Virus record (IMG/VR): IMGVR_UViG_3300044796_000401
Source: a virus
Taxonomy: Duplodnaviria > Caudoviricetes
DNA length: 64,000 bases
Direction: 5' to 3' (one strand)
Shown here piece by piece: positions 24,318 through 34,576 of the stretch. The notes beneath the pieces are model-generated. The model was not told where the DNA came from, made no database searches, and worked only from the letters and a program-made list of their open reading frames with translations. The position numbers were made by a program, and so were the translations under genes. Numbering within the stretch: position 1 is the stretch's first letter; each line of letters begins with the position of its first letter.

Positions 24318-25271
24318 ATGACAAGCTTGAAGAAATCAAAGAACGCAAACCAAAACTTGGCAAAAGCAGCCAAGAAGGACGAGTTCTATACCCAGCTTGA
24401 CGACATCGCGAGGGAATTGAAGCACTACAAAAAGCATCTCAAAGGGAAGGTCGTGTTCTGCAACTGCGACGATCCGGAAGAGAGCAATTTCTGGAAGTAC
24501 TTTGAGAAGAATTTTGAATTTCTCGGACTGAAACGCCTCATCTCAACGCATTATGTGCCGAAGGGTCCGTCCTTCAAGCTGGAAATCATCGAAACCCGTA
24601 AATCGCCGCGTGTCGTTCGCACCCCACTGGAGGGCAACGGCGACTTCCGCAGCGAGGAATGCGTGGACCTGCTGGAACAGGCGGACATCATAGTTACAAA
24701 TCCGCCGTTTTCCCTGTTCCGCGAGTATGTCGCCCAGCTTGCCGAGCACGGCAAGAAGTTCATCATCATCGGACACCAGAACGCTATTGCCTACAAAGAC
24801 ATATTCCCACTCATAAAGGACAACAAACTTTGGTTAGGCTTCGGTTTCCAAGGTGGGGCGGCTCACTTTATCAATAAACATTACAAAGACTATGCTTCGG
24901 CAACTGACCACAAAGACGGCATGATTCGAGTCTCAGGCGTTCAATGGTTCACCAACCTCGACACCGCCAAGCGCCACGAAGACCTGATTCTTTACAAGAC
25001 CTACACGCCCAAGGAATACCCGACCTACGACAATTACGACGCCATCGAAGTCAGCAAGACAGGGAACATCCCCATGGACTACAGCAAAGTGATGGGCGTA
25101 CCCGTGACTTTTTTGGAAAAATACAATCCCGATCAATTTGAATTGCTTGGTTCAAATCGTGGTATTGACCAAGACCCAAATGGTGTTTATGGTCGAGGCT
25201 CAATGCTGAATGGCAAAGAAACCTACAAAAGATTATTCATCAAACGAAAAGTCAAGAAAGCGGGGGCTTAA
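24318..25271 (+). CDS. Adenine-specific DNA methyltransferase, EcoRI family
   Basis: KDEFYTQL..I..EL..Y...GKVVFCNCDDP..SNFWKYF, DIIVTNPPFSLFREY; AGGAG RBS after promoter 24272-24300. Confidence 0.9.
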   Translation: MTSLKKSKNANQNLAKAAKKDEFYTQLDDIARELKHYKKHLKGKVVFCNCDDPEESNFWKYFEKNFEFLGLKRLISTHYVPKGPSFKLEIIETRKSPRVVRTPLEGNGDFRSEECVDLLEQADIIVTNPPFSLFREYVAQLAEHGKKFIIIGHQNAIAYKDIFPLIKDNKLWLGFGFQGGAAHFINKHYKDYASATDHKDGMIRVSGVQWFTNLDTAKRHEDLILYKTYTPKEYPTYDNYDAIEVSKTGNIPMDYSKVMGVPVTFLEKYNPDQFELLGSNRGIDQDPNGVYGRGSMLNGKETYKRLFIKRKVKKAGA

Positions 25272-25274
25272 ATC

Positions 25275-26384
25275 ATGGACATCAAACTCAAGGAAATCAC
25301 CGTCCGCGAACTGACGGACGGCTATAAGGACAACGAGGAAGCCGGGGTCATCGGCTACAAAGGTCGGCTGGATATCCGCCCGCCGTACCAGAGGGAGTTC
25401 ATCTACAAGGACAAACAGCGAAACGCGGTCATCGATACCATCGCCAACGACTTCCCGCTGAACGTCATGTACTGGGCCGTTCGGAAAAACGGCGATTTCG
25501 AGATCATTGACGGCCAGCAGCGCACCGTTTCGATCTGCCAGTTTGTCACTGGGGATTTTGCCCTTGCCGTTTTCGGCAGCAAAGAGCAGCGGTTCTTCCA
25601 CAATTTGCAGGAAGACGAGAAAGAGAAAATCCTGAACTACAAGTTGATGGTGTACTGGTGCAGCGGCACGGATAGCGAGAGGCTGGGGTGGTTCAGGACC
25701 ATCAACATCGCCGGAGAGAAACTGATGGAGCAGGAACTCCGCAACGCCGTGTATGCCGGTCCTTGGGTCTCGGACGCCAAGCACTATTTCAGCAAGACCG
25801 GGTGCCCCGCATGGGGATTAGGCAGCGACTACCTTACGGGCTCGCCTATCCGGCAAGACTTCCTTGAAACAGCCATCGACTGGTTCGGCGAAAGCAAAGG
25901 CGATAGCATCGAAGATTACATGGCCAAGCAGCAGCACGAGCCAAACGCCCACGAGTTGTGGCTGTATTTCCAAGCCGCCATCAACTGGGTCACGGTCACT
26001 TTCCCCAAGCATCGCAAGGAAATGAAGGGCGTCGCTTGGGGAAAGTTGTACAACACGCACAAAGACGACAAGATCGATGCTGCCAAGCTTGAGGAAAAAA
26101 TCGCCCGTCTCATGGGCGATGACGATGTCACAAACAAAAAGGGCATCTATTCCTACGTTTTGGATGGAGAAGAACGAAGCCTGAATATCCGAGCCTTCAC
26201 CGACAACCAGAAACGAGAAGCCTACGAACGGCAGAAAGGCATCTGCCCCCGGTGCGAAAAGCAGTTTGAGCTTGAAGACATGCAAGGGGACCATATCACC
26301 CCGTGGCACCAAGGCGGAAAGACAACGGCTGACAACTGTCAGATGCTCTGCGCGGATGATAACCGGCGCAAATCTGGGAAATAG
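25275..26384 (+). CDS. DUF262 (GmrS-like) plus C-terminal HNH nuclease, probable restriction partner
   Basis: PPYQREFIY, IIDGQQRT, NIAGEKL..QELRNA; CPRC...GDHITPWHQGGKT..NCQMLC..DN..K. Confidence 0.88.
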   Translation: MDIKLKEITVRELTDGYKDNEEAGVIGYKGRLDIRPPYQREFIYKDKQRNAVIDTIANDFPLNVMYWAVRKNGDFEIIDGQQRTVSICQFVTGDFALAVFGSKEQRFFHNLQEDEKEKILNYKLMVYWCSGTDSERLGWFRTINIAGEKLMEQELRNAVYAGPWVSDAKHYFSKTGCPAWGLGSDYLTGSPIRQDFLETAIDWFGESKGDSIEDYMAKQQHEPNAHELWLYFQAAINWVTVTFPKHRKEMKGVAWGKLYNTHKDDKIDAAKLEEKIARLMGDDDVTNKKGIYSYVLDGEERSLNIRAFTDNQKREAYERQKGICPRCEKQFELEDMQGDHITPWHQGGKTTADNCQMLCADDNRRKSGK

Positions 26385-26508
26385 CCAGACGGGGTTTTAA
26401 TCGTAAAGGTGGGGGAACCGCCCCGCTCCCGCAAAAAATCTTATAAATATAGTGGAATCAACTACTTACAAATAGCCAAAACCCCTCCGATAGCGGTATA
26501 CTATGGAC

Positions 26509-28230
26509 ATGGAAGAAACGCCTAACATAGCAGCAGAGCCGATCTGCTTCATCTCTAAATCCAAATTCATCGCAGGGCTTCAATGCCCCAAGCGTGAATG
26601 GCTTCAGGTCTACCGCCCAGAACTTGCCGTCGAAACCGCCACAGACATTAAGGAACAGGGTTCATTGGTTGGCAAGGCAGCACGGGATGCGTTTCGCGGC
26701 GGTGTCCTCGTTGACATCCCCAGCTACAATAGCACGTTTGACAAAGCCGCAGCAGAAACCAAGCGTCTCATGGAAGACCCAAACGTGCAAATCGTCTTCG
26801 AGGGGGCGTTTTCGGCGTCCGGCGTCCGGGTGCGCGTGGATGTTCTTATCCGCAGGGGCGACGGGTGGTCCTTGGGCTACGCCCCGGTCAATGGCGAAGA
26901 TTACTCCGTGGGTGAAATCATAGGCGAGGTCAAAGCATCTACGAAAGTTAAAGAGTCCCACATTTGGGACGCTAGCCTTCAGGCATATATCTTGCGCAAG
27001 TGCGGCGTGAACGTGCCTGACGTTGCCGTCATCCATCTCAACCGCAAGGGCTCAAGCACAGAGATTACAGGCAACGTGGCGGCACACGTTCCAGCCGATA
27101 CATACGCCCAGATGGGCGGCGGCTACATATGGGATGGCGCGATGAACGATGACGGCACCCGCAAGTATAACTTCGCCGAGCTTTTTGTCACCGTGCCGAT
27201 CACGCCGGTTCCCGATAGCGAGATCGTCACAGAACTCAATAAACAGTTTCGTATCCTCGGCCAGCCAACCGAGCCCAGCGCCACGTGCGGCAGCCAATGC
27301 ACAAAACCCTACGCGTGCGAATTCGCCAAGCGTTGCCATGAGGGTCTGCCTATCGATGATCTTGTCTATATGCCCAACGTGTTCGGCTCAACAAAATGGA
27401 GCCAGATCGACAAGCTGCGTAATTTGGGTGTTGTCTCGATCTGTAGCATCGACAGCAACAAGTTTCCCAAGACTAAGAGCAAGATCGAGCGCGTGCAGGA
27501 CGCTTTTAAGAGTGGCAGCGTCACGGCTGACTCGCAGAAGCTCGTCGAATGGCAGCGCAAGCTGAAGTTCCCCATTAATTTCCTCGACTATGAAACCGTG
27601 GCTTACGCCCTTCCCAATATCAAAGGCACCAAGCCGTGGGACGCCGTACCGATGCAGTTGTCCAATCATCGCTTGGATGCGGATGGCACACTCACGCATC
27701 AGGAATTCCTCGGCGAGGCGGACGGGACCGATCCCCGCGTGCCGTTCATCGAGGTACTGTTGGCGGCGGTCGGTACTGAAGGCACTATTGTTACTTACTC
27801 AATGTTCGAGTTTAATAACGTGAACGAGCCCTTGGCGAAGCGGTATCCGCAGTACGCCGAGCGCCTACGGGCGCTCAAGGAGCGTGCGTGGGACATGTGC
27901 GCGGTCGTCAAGGACTGCGTGTACCACCCGAAGTTCCGGGGCTCATTCAGCATCAAGACTGTGCTGCCCGTGCTCGTGCCCGGCATGAGCTATGAGAACT
28001 TAGCTATTGGCAGCGGCATAGATGTGTCGCCCGCATGGGACCGCCTGCTCAACAAGTGCACGCCCGCCGCTGAGCACCAGCAGCTTCGCGTTGACCTGCT
28101 TGCGTACTGTGGGCAGGACACGATGGCTATGGTTCAGGTGCTAGAAGTGCTAGTCGGACTGTCGGGGCAAAATGTGGCATCTGTCAACTTCCTCAAGCCT
28201 CTTTCCAAGGCGCAGAAGGCGGGGGCGTAA
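26509..28230 (+). CDS. DUF2779 protein (PD-(D/E)XK-like N-terminus, RNase H-like C-terminus)
   Basis: ISKSKFIAGLQCPKREWL, RVDVL..EVKAST, FLDYET, GSFSIKTVLP, LLAYCGQDT. Confidence 0.82.
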   Translation: MEETPNIAAEPICFISKSKFIAGLQCPKREWLQVYRPELAVETATDIKEQGSLVGKAARDAFRGGVLVDIPSYNSTFDKAAAETKRLMEDPNVQIVFEGAFSASGVRVRVDVLIRRGDGWSLGYAPVNGEDYSVGEIIGEVKASTKVKESHIWDASLQAYILRKCGVNVPDVAVIHLNRKGSSTEITGNVAAHVPADTYAQMGGGYIWDGAMNDDGTRKYNFAELFVTVPITPVPDSEIVTELNKQFRILGQPTEPSATCGSQCTKPYACEFAKRCHEGLPIDDLVYMPNVFGSTKWSQIDKLRNLGVVSICSIDSNKFPKTKSKIERVQDAFKSGSVTADSQKLVEWQRKLKFPINFLDYETVAYALPNIKGTKPWDAVPMQLSNHRLDADGTLTHQEFLGEADGTDPRVPFIEVLLAAVGTEGTIVTYSMFEFNNVNEPLAKRYPQYAERLRALKERAWDMCAVVKDCVYHPKFRGSFSIKTVLPVLVPGMSYENLAIGSGIDVSPAWDRLLNKCTPAAEHQQLRVDLLAYCGQDTMAMVQVLEVLVGLSGQNVASVNFLKPLSKAQKAGA

Positions 28231-28717
28231 TGTTTCCGTTTTCTAAATATGACAGGAAATCGTGCATTTACTATCGATTTATTCTTTAATGCAGCTAACT
28301 CCGTAACAATCAACTGAGGTAGCCATTTTACCCGGAGCGCTGTATACTAGGGGCGTGGACGGTGGACGGAGTTCAACCAGCGGGGCGCTGATCGCAAAGA
28401 GGAAAAGGAGAAACACCATGAACATCGGAACGAAGGTCACTCACAAATTCAACGGCGAGATGGTTGGCGAAGTCGTCGCCATCGGGACCGGGCCGTTCGC
28501 AGGCAAGGCGAAGGTCCAGATCGAGGTATACTTAGGATCAGGAGACAACGATGAAAGCCAAAGATAAGACAAAAGAGTTGGACGCATTTGTCGAGCGACT
28601 GCGAGCCGCGTTTGACAAACTTGACGGTCGTGAAGCCGAGAAACTGTTGAAGTCACTTGACCGCACAATCATCCGGACAATCGAAATTAAAGAGGGCAAG
28701 ATGACCGATTTCCCATA

Positions 28718-28746
28718 TTGACTGGCTGACAGTTTGTTAGTATTAT
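28718..28746 (+). promoter_or_regulatory. cas3 promoter
   Basis: TTGACT-N17-TATTAT. Confidence 0.65.
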
Positions 28747-28759
28747 AGTGATCCTAACT

Positions 28760-30967
28760 ATGAACACTTCGACAAATCCAGCAATCGCCCACAGTGCCCA
28801 ACCAAAGGAGGGCATTCCAGAGCAGTCGTATGCGAACCACATCTCCAACGTGGTGTCCAACACGACTAGCAAGTGCGAGGACATGCTGAAGTACCATATC
28901 GCTGGTGCAAGGTTTTTGTCTTCTGCGAAGGCTGCCAGCGAATTTCACGACCTCGGCAAGCTCGAACCGGAAAACCAAGAAATCCTCCAAGGCCGCAAGA
29001 AGGGGAAGCTGATCAATCACGTAGACGCAGGTGTGGCACACCTTGTTGCGAACGGGCTTTGGGAGGCGGCCATAGCGGTAAATGCCCATCATTGGGGCTT
29101 GCCAGATTTGGTTGAGGAAGAAGAGAAGGGGCGTCGAAACGCCTGCCTGCGGGACGAAACAATTTTTGAACATACGAATCGCAGCATGGAGGACTTGATT
29201 AAGCGCCACGGCGAGAACGGGTTTTCTGTGTCTCTCCAGCCGGGTAACAACCCCCACTTGTCCGGCTTGGAGCGTCGGCTGCTGCTCTCTTGCCTCGTAG
29301 ACGCCGACCACTCCGACACCGGGCACAATTACCCCCAATACTTTCCTCCGCAAGTACCCGAATGCGGGTGGGAAGAGCGGCTCGCGGCGCTGAATGCCTA
29401 CGTCAATGGCTTGCCGAAAGGCTCCAAGAGCGACAAATTGCGCAGGGAGATCGCCGATGCTTGCCGCAGGGCCGAACTGGTGCCGCTCAGCACGCTGGAC
29501 AGCGCGGTAGGCACGGGCAAGACGTTATCGGCGATGGCGTACCTTCTGCGGCTGGCCATCCGGTTCAACCTCCGGCACATCTTCGTCGTGCTGCCGTACT
29601 GCAACATCATCCGCCAATCGGTAAAGGAGTATCGAAAGGCGCTGACCTTGCCCGGCGAAGACCCGAAATCGGTGGTGGCGGAGCACCACCACCTGATCGA
29701 ATTCGAACCCGTGCAGCAGCGGCATTTGACCACGCTTTGGAACGCCCCCATCATCGTCACCACGGCGGTGCAATTCTTCGAGACCCTGACCGCCGCCAAG
29801 ACCAGCCGCCTGCGCAAGCTGCACGAATTGCCGGGTTCGGCAGTATTTATTGATGAGGCCCACGCCGCCATGCCTGTCAAACTCTGGCCGTTCATGTTCG
29901 ATCAGATGAGGGAACTTGCCGAAGCATGGTCGTGCAAGTTCGTGCTGGGCTCCGGATCGTTGACCAAGTTTTGGGAGAGCCAGCGCATCATGGGCGAAGG
30001 AGTCGCCTTGCCGGACATTCCTGACCTAGTGCCTAACGAAATCAGGCGCGAGAGCGCGGAAGCGGAAAAAGAACGAACCGTCCTCAGGACGAAAAAGCAA
30101 GCCATGAGCTTGGATGATTTGACGCAATGGCTTATGGGCTTCAACGGCGCACGGCTCGTAGTCATGAACACCCTCAAGAACGCCGCCAAGCTCGCCCAAG
30201 CGCTCAGGGCTCAGGGGGTACAGGCATTGCACGTCTCCACCGCCCTCGCCCCGGCAGACCGCGAAAAAGTGCTGGAACAGGTCGAGAAGCGGCTCAACAA
30301 TGACCGAAACTTTGTCTTGGTCGGCACAAGCTGCATCGAAGCCGGATGGAACGTTTCGTTCGATGTCGGCTTTCGGGAGCGCAGCAGCCTCGTGAGCCTT
30401 GAGCAGATTCGCGGGCGAGTCAAGCGGCACGGAGGCGACGGCCCCCCGGCCGAGGTTTGGGATTTCAAGGCTGACGAGGACGACGATTCCTTTAGCCTCA
30501 ACCCCGAGTTTGCGAATAGCTCAGTCGTGCTAGGAAGCATGTTTGAAGATGGAAGCTTCGAGCAGGGGATGCACGCCGCAGACTTGGTGTTCCGAGCCTT
30601 GGAGGAAGAATGGAAATTGCAGCCCAAAGACGCGTGGGTGGCAACTATCCGTGAGGTGGAGAAAAGTGGGTGTTATAACAGCAGGAACCCCGAGAAAATA
30701 TTCACTGTAAGCCGAATGGCTCGGCTGATCACGCAGGAAACCCTGACCGTTGTGACCGATCCCGTCCTCGCCAAAAAGATGAAGGATGGGAAGCAGGTCA
30801 CTCCGCAGGAAGTGCAGCGGCACAGCGTCCAGATTTGGGAGCAGAAATTCGAGAAGCTGCATTTGGAGAAAAAGCTGGCTCTGATTGCCGACGACGTTTA
30901 CGAGTGGACGCTGGGTTATGACCCGGATTTTCTGGGCGTGATGGAGGGATTGCTGCCTCTCATTTAG
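28760..30967 (+). CDS. cas3: Cas3 HD nuclease-helicase (compact)
   Basis: AHS..Y..H, FHDLGK, H.DAG, AHH, SCLVDADHSD; AVGTGKT, IDEAH, GSGS, VMNT, GTSCIEAG, GRVKRHG. Confidence 0.92.
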   Translation: MNTSTNPAIAHSAQPKEGIPEQSYANHISNVVSNTTSKCEDMLKYHIAGARFLSSAKAASEFHDLGKLEPENQEILQGRKKGKLINHVDAGVAHLVANGLWEAAIAVNAHHWGLPDLVEEEEKGRRNACLRDETIFEHTNRSMEDLIKRHGENGFSVSLQPGNNPHLSGLERRLLLSCLVDADHSDTGHNYPQYFPPQVPECGWEERLAALNAYVNGLPKGSKSDKLRREIADACRRAELVPLSTLDSAVGTGKTLSAMAYLLRLAIRFNLRHIFVVLPYCNIIRQSVKEYRKALTLPGEDPKSVVAEHHHLIEFEPVQQRHLTTLWNAPIIVTTAVQFFETLTAAKTSRLRKLHELPGSAVFIDEAHAAMPVKLWPFMFDQMRELAEAWSCKFVLGSGSLTKFWESQRIMGEGVALPDIPDLVPNEIRRESAEAEKERTVLRTKKQAMSLDDLTQWLMGFNGARLVVMNTLKNAAKLAQALRAQGVQALHVSTALAPADREKVLEQVEKRLNNDRNFVLVGTSCIEAGWNVSFDVGFRERSSLVSLEQIRGRVKRHGGDGPPAEVWDFKADEDDDSFSLNPEFANSSVVLGSMFEDGSFEQGMHAADLVFRALEEEWKLQPKDAWVATIREVEKSGCYNSRNPEKIFTVSRMARLITQETLTVVTDPVLAKKMKDGKQVTPQEVQRHSVQIWEQKFEKLHLEKKLALIADDVYEWTLGYDPDFLGVMEGLLPLI

Positions 30968-30970
30968 GAC

Positions 30971-30999
30971 TTGACAGGGGTTTTTATTCATGTTATGCT
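30971..30999 (+). promoter_or_regulatory. cas5-cas8-cas7 promoter
   Basis: TTGACA-N17-TATGCT; GGAGG RBS before ATG 31022. Confidence 0.7.
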
Positions 31000-31021
31000 G
31001 TCTTAACGGATGGAGGATCGC

Positions 31022-31624
31022 ATGAAGGATGAAAAGATTTACGAGGTTGCACTGGAGATCGCAGGACCGATGGCGCAATTCACGCGCCCCGACTCCGGCA
31101 ACTCATTTGTGTCCTATCCAGTCCCGACTTTCGCTGCGGCAGCGGGCATTTTCAGGAACGTCGCATGGTGGAAGGACGTTTACATCGAGCCGATACGGGT
31201 GGAAATTTGCACGCCTGTCAAATTCATGCGGCTGACGCAGAATTATCATGGGCCGTTCAAGAAGCCCGGCAATAACAATTTCCAGCTTAGCATGCTGGCG
31301 CTTGTGGATGTCTGCTACAAACTTTACGGACGCACCCGCAGGCTCGGCGACGGATTCACGCCGGGATACAACCCCCTGCATGCCTTGCAAGAGCAGTTCA
31401 GCCGCCGCCTGAAGCAGGGCAAGCTGTTCCGCACCCCGTGCCTCGGCCTCTCGGAATGCACGCCGAGCTACTTCGGTCCGCTGCGGGATTCAACCTTTGC
31501 CCAGAAAGACATCAACTTGACGATTTCCAGCATGCTTTTCCGCACATTCAACGACGCCGGGGAATACGCGCCGGAATTCCGGCAGAACGTGAAGATCAAG
31601 GACGGAGTGCTGATTTATGCTTAA
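31022..31624 (+). CDS. cas5: Cas5 (type I-C-like)
   Basis: EIAGPMAQFTRP...SYPVPT.AAA.GIF, L.DV.Y, F.RRL.QG..FRTPCLG. Confidence 0.88.
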   Translation: MKDEKIYEVALEIAGPMAQFTRPDSGNSFVSYPVPTFAAAAGIFRNVAWWKDVYIEPIRVEICTPVKFMRLTQNYHGPFKKPGNNNFQLSMLALVDVCYKLYGRTRRLGDGFTPGYNPLHALQEQFSRRLKQGKLFRTPCLGLSECTPSYFGPLRDSTFAQKDINLTISSMLFRTFNDAGEYAPEFRQNVKIKDGVLIYA

Positions 31625-33503
31625 CGAAATCCATGCCCTCGCTGAAGCGCTGAAAGCCCGCAACGTGCTTGTTCCGGAGCGCCACCCTTGGATACAAAGC
31701 GTGGGCAAGAGCAAACCTATGTTCCGAGTCTTTCTCTCCCCCGCAGGCATCGTCAAATCCGTTGAGGAAATATCCCCAGAAGCTCGCAGCGGCATGTGCT
31801 TGATCCGCAGGGGCAACCACTTTTCGTTTCCCGTAACGAACCTGACGCTCAGTGACGACCCCAAGACGATCAAGAAGAACGCCGCGCAGCTTGGGCGGCT
31901 GCTGGAATTCGCCGCCGAACTCGGCAAGGTGTTCGACAAGGACAACGCAAAGCTCCTCGCCACGACGTTGCTGATCGAACGATTGAAAAAGGTCGAGCCG
32001 TCTGACCTTCTCAACCAGATCATGGTTAAAATCAAGTCTGACAAGGAAGAGGACATCACCGTGGTGCTGGACATCGTTCACACCGAGAAAGCGGCCTACT
32101 TGGTCAACGACCCCAAGGCAGCGGAGGAATGGAACGCCGCTCTTCTCGCTTGCGCCAAGCCCGAAGGGGCGGAAAAAGTATGCTCCCTGAGCGGGGTTTC
32201 GGCGGCAACGAGTTCCGACCCCATCGGTCCGGTCAACCTCCCGGCGCTCGGCAAGACATCCCTTTATTCGCGGTTCGGCGAGGTCCCCTGCCTTGAGCGC
32301 TACGGTCGATCCGACCGGGATGGGTTCTTGGTTTCCGACGCTAGCATCGCGGAAGCTCGGGACGCCATCCAGTTTCTTGCTACGGGGGACGAACGCAAGA
32401 ATCGGACGTATGCCGCGATCGGCAAAGATTCGCTGCTGATCGCCTATCTCGACGAGCGCCCCGAACTGGTTGCGGATTATGTTTCCCCGTTCCGGGACAT
32501 CGACGAAGCCGACATCAGCCAGTACGAAGAGCGCTGCTCCAAACTGTTCCAGATGCTCCACGCAAAGAAGGTCAGCGGCCTCGACCATTTGAGCGTCTTG
32601 GTGATCGAGAAGGTGAACAAAGGAACCAAGCGGGTCGTTTTGGACGAGCACCTCACGGTCGATGCCATCCGCAAGGCAGTTCAAGACTGGCGCGACGGCT
32701 TGACCAATTGCCCGACCGTCGAAACTTTTATTCCGCAGAAAAAGGGAGAGCCCGCCAAGTGTGTCAAGAACGAGCCGTTTTCCCCGACCTGGTTCAGCCG
32801 CAGCTTCGGCAAGCCGTGGATTCGGGGCGGGGACGAGAACACCAAGATTCGCGGGCTGTCGATCCCCGAAGCCTATTCGCTTTTCCTGCATGGCGGAACG
32901 CGGGCGGCGGAGCAAGCGCACACCCTGCTCCAGCGGTATGTCGGCTTGGTCAAGTCCCTCCTGTACGGTTTCGGGAAGGGTGAACAGGGCTTCAAGGTAA
33001 TGGCTCGGCAGGAAGCGCTTCGGCAGGAAGCGCTTCGGCAAGAGGCGCTTGTTGCGGTGTCGATTTTGGGGTTGTTGCTCTACAAACAGGGACGGTTGAA
33101 GGAGGAATACATGCGGGACATTTATTTTGCGATTGGGCAGGGCTGCAAGGCAGCCGACGGCTTGCACAAGCGGTATTGCGCAGGAGTTCGGGACGGCGAC
33201 GTGCCGTCGCAACTGCTGGGCAACTCCTCGCTGACGGCCATCATCAGGAACCCGGCCAAGGGCCTGAAGATGCTGCTCGGCGACAGCCGCCTGCGGGTCT
33301 ATATGGGCTGGGTGGAGCAGAACGGCGACGGCCTCGGCATCGGGTTCAAGCGCCAGCTTGAAGCCGTAGCCGAAGCGATTTCCGGGCAGGACCTGCCGAA
33401 GCGCTTGACCCCCGAGCAGGAAGCGGAATTGATGCTGGGCTGGCTTGCCCCCCTTCCGAAGCTGGCGAACAGCGGCTCGGACAAGACAGTTGCACAGCAG
33501 TAG
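31617..33503 (+). CDS. cas8c: Cas8c-like large subunit, probably with internal Cas11 start at 33111
   Basis: Position between cas5 and cas7; CSLSG, LYSRF..VPCL.RYG; AAGGAGG RBS before in-frame ATG 33111. Confidence 0.75.
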   Translation: MLNEIHALAEALKARNVLVPERHPWIQSVGKSKPMFRVFLSPAGIVKSVEEISPEARSGMCLIRRGNHFSFPVTNLTLSDDPKTIKKNAAQLGRLLEFAAELGKVFDKDNAKLLATTLLIERLKKVEPSDLLNQIMVKIKSDKEEDITVVLDIVHTEKAAYLVNDPKAAEEWNAALLACAKPEGAEKVCSLSGVSAATSSDPIGPVNLPALGKTSLYSRFGEVPCLERYGRSDRDGFLVSDASIAEARDAIQFLATGDERKNRTYAAIGKDSLLIAYLDERPELVADYVSPFRDIDEADISQYEERCSKLFQMLHAKKVSGLDHLSVLVIEKVNKGTKRVVLDEHLTVDAIRKAVQDWRDGLTNCPTVETFIPQKKGEPAKCVKNEPFSPTWFSRSFGKPWIRGGDENTKIRGLSIPEAYSLFLHGGTRAAEQAHTLLQRYVGLVKSLLYGFGKGEQGFKVMARQEALRQEALRQEALVAVSILGLLLYKQGRLKEEYMRDIYFAIGQGCKAADGLHKRYCAGVRDGDVPSQLLGNSSLTAIIRNPAKGLKMLLGDSRLRVYMGWVEQNGDGLGIGFKRQLEAVAEAISGQDLPKRLTPEQEAELMLGWLAPLPKLANSGSDKTVAQQ

Positions 33504-33614
33504 CGGTGTCGCCCGGTGCAATATGGCAAGTGGAAACACTTCCGGCTTCGGGCGTGAATTGAAGAAGGAAGCAAATTTGGGTGGCGACCTACCGCCGATA
33601 CATGAAAGGCTTTT

Positions 33615-34520
33615 GTGAAGAACGCGAAGGAACTGAAAGAACTGAACCGCGCAACCCTGCTGCTCGTGGTTGAGGCGGTGAACTCCGGGATCAACCAAGA
33701 CCCGGACAACGAGAGCGACCCGCGCACCCAGCCGGATGGGCGCGGGCTGTGCACTCCCGTGTCATTCAAGGCGAAGCTCCGCACGCTGGTGGCCGACAAG
33801 GAATTCAACCTCTGGAAGGAACTGTCCAAGAACCTTTCGTTGGCGGACAAGGAATTCGACGTGCTTGAGCGCCGGGACACGGTGCTGAAAGAAATCTTCG
33901 ATATGACGCCGGAAGCGTTCAAGAGCAAGTATTGGGATGCCCGGTTGTTCGGCAACACCGCGCTTGAAGGCAAGGACTCGGGCGGTGAGAAGGCGGAAAA
34001 GGACCGCTTCGTCCGCACCGGGGTCGTGCAGTTCGGGCTGGGCGTCAGCGTTTGCCCGGTGGACATCATCCGCCTGACGACCACTGGCCAGCGCGCCGTG
34101 CAGGCGGGCAAGAGCCGCGCCATGGCTGCGCTGGGATACAGGGTCGTCAAGCACGGGCTGTACGTGATGCCGGGGTATGTCAACCCCGCCGTAGCCTCGA
34201 AGAGCGGCTGCACCGCGACCGACGTGGAACTCATGAAGCGCGTCATTCCCTACGCCTATTCGCACACTACCTCCTATGTCCGCAGCGAAATCAACATCCT
34301 GCACGCATGGTACGTGGAGCACAAGTCGCCCCTCGGGTCGTGCCCCGACTGGAAGATCATCGAGGCCCTCACCCCGAAGCGGATCGGCGACCCGGAGACG
34401 CCGAGCCAGTCCCGCAAGGACTACGAAATCCCTTCCGCGCTGCCGGAAGAACTCCGCAAGCAGGTCAAGTCGGCCGTGGACCTGATGGAGTACATGGCAC
34501 AAGCGACCGACGCGAAGTAA
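33615..34520 (+). CDS. cas7: Cas7 (Csd2-like)
   Basis: VVEAVNSGINQDPDNESDPR....G..TPVSFKAKLR, WDARLFG, TGVVQFG...S, YRVVKHGLY. Confidence 0.9.
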   Translation: MKNAKELKELNRATLLLVVEAVNSGINQDPDNESDPRTQPDGRGLCTPVSFKAKLRTLVADKEFNLWKELSKNLSLADKEFDVLERRDTVLKEIFDMTPEAFKSKYWDARLFGNTALEGKDSGGEKAEKDRFVRTGVVQFGLGVSVCPVDIIRLTTTGQRAVQAGKSRAMAALGYRVVKHGLYVMPGYVNPAVASKSGCTATDVELMKRVIPYAYSHTTSYVRSEINILHAWYVEHKSPLGSCPDWKIIEALTPKRIGDPETPSQSRKDYEIPSALPEELRKQVKSAVDLMEYMAQATDAK

Positions 34521-34576
34521 GGATGCTCGCAAACGGCGGGGCAGCACGTTTATTTGCATAGACTTGCTGCCCTGGA

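Noticed and set aside
31596-33698. 700-aa minus-strand ORF and similar long antisense ORFs (60071-61375, 55379-56938, 45285-46748)
   Set aside because: Shadows of GC-rich sense genes; no motifs or RBS
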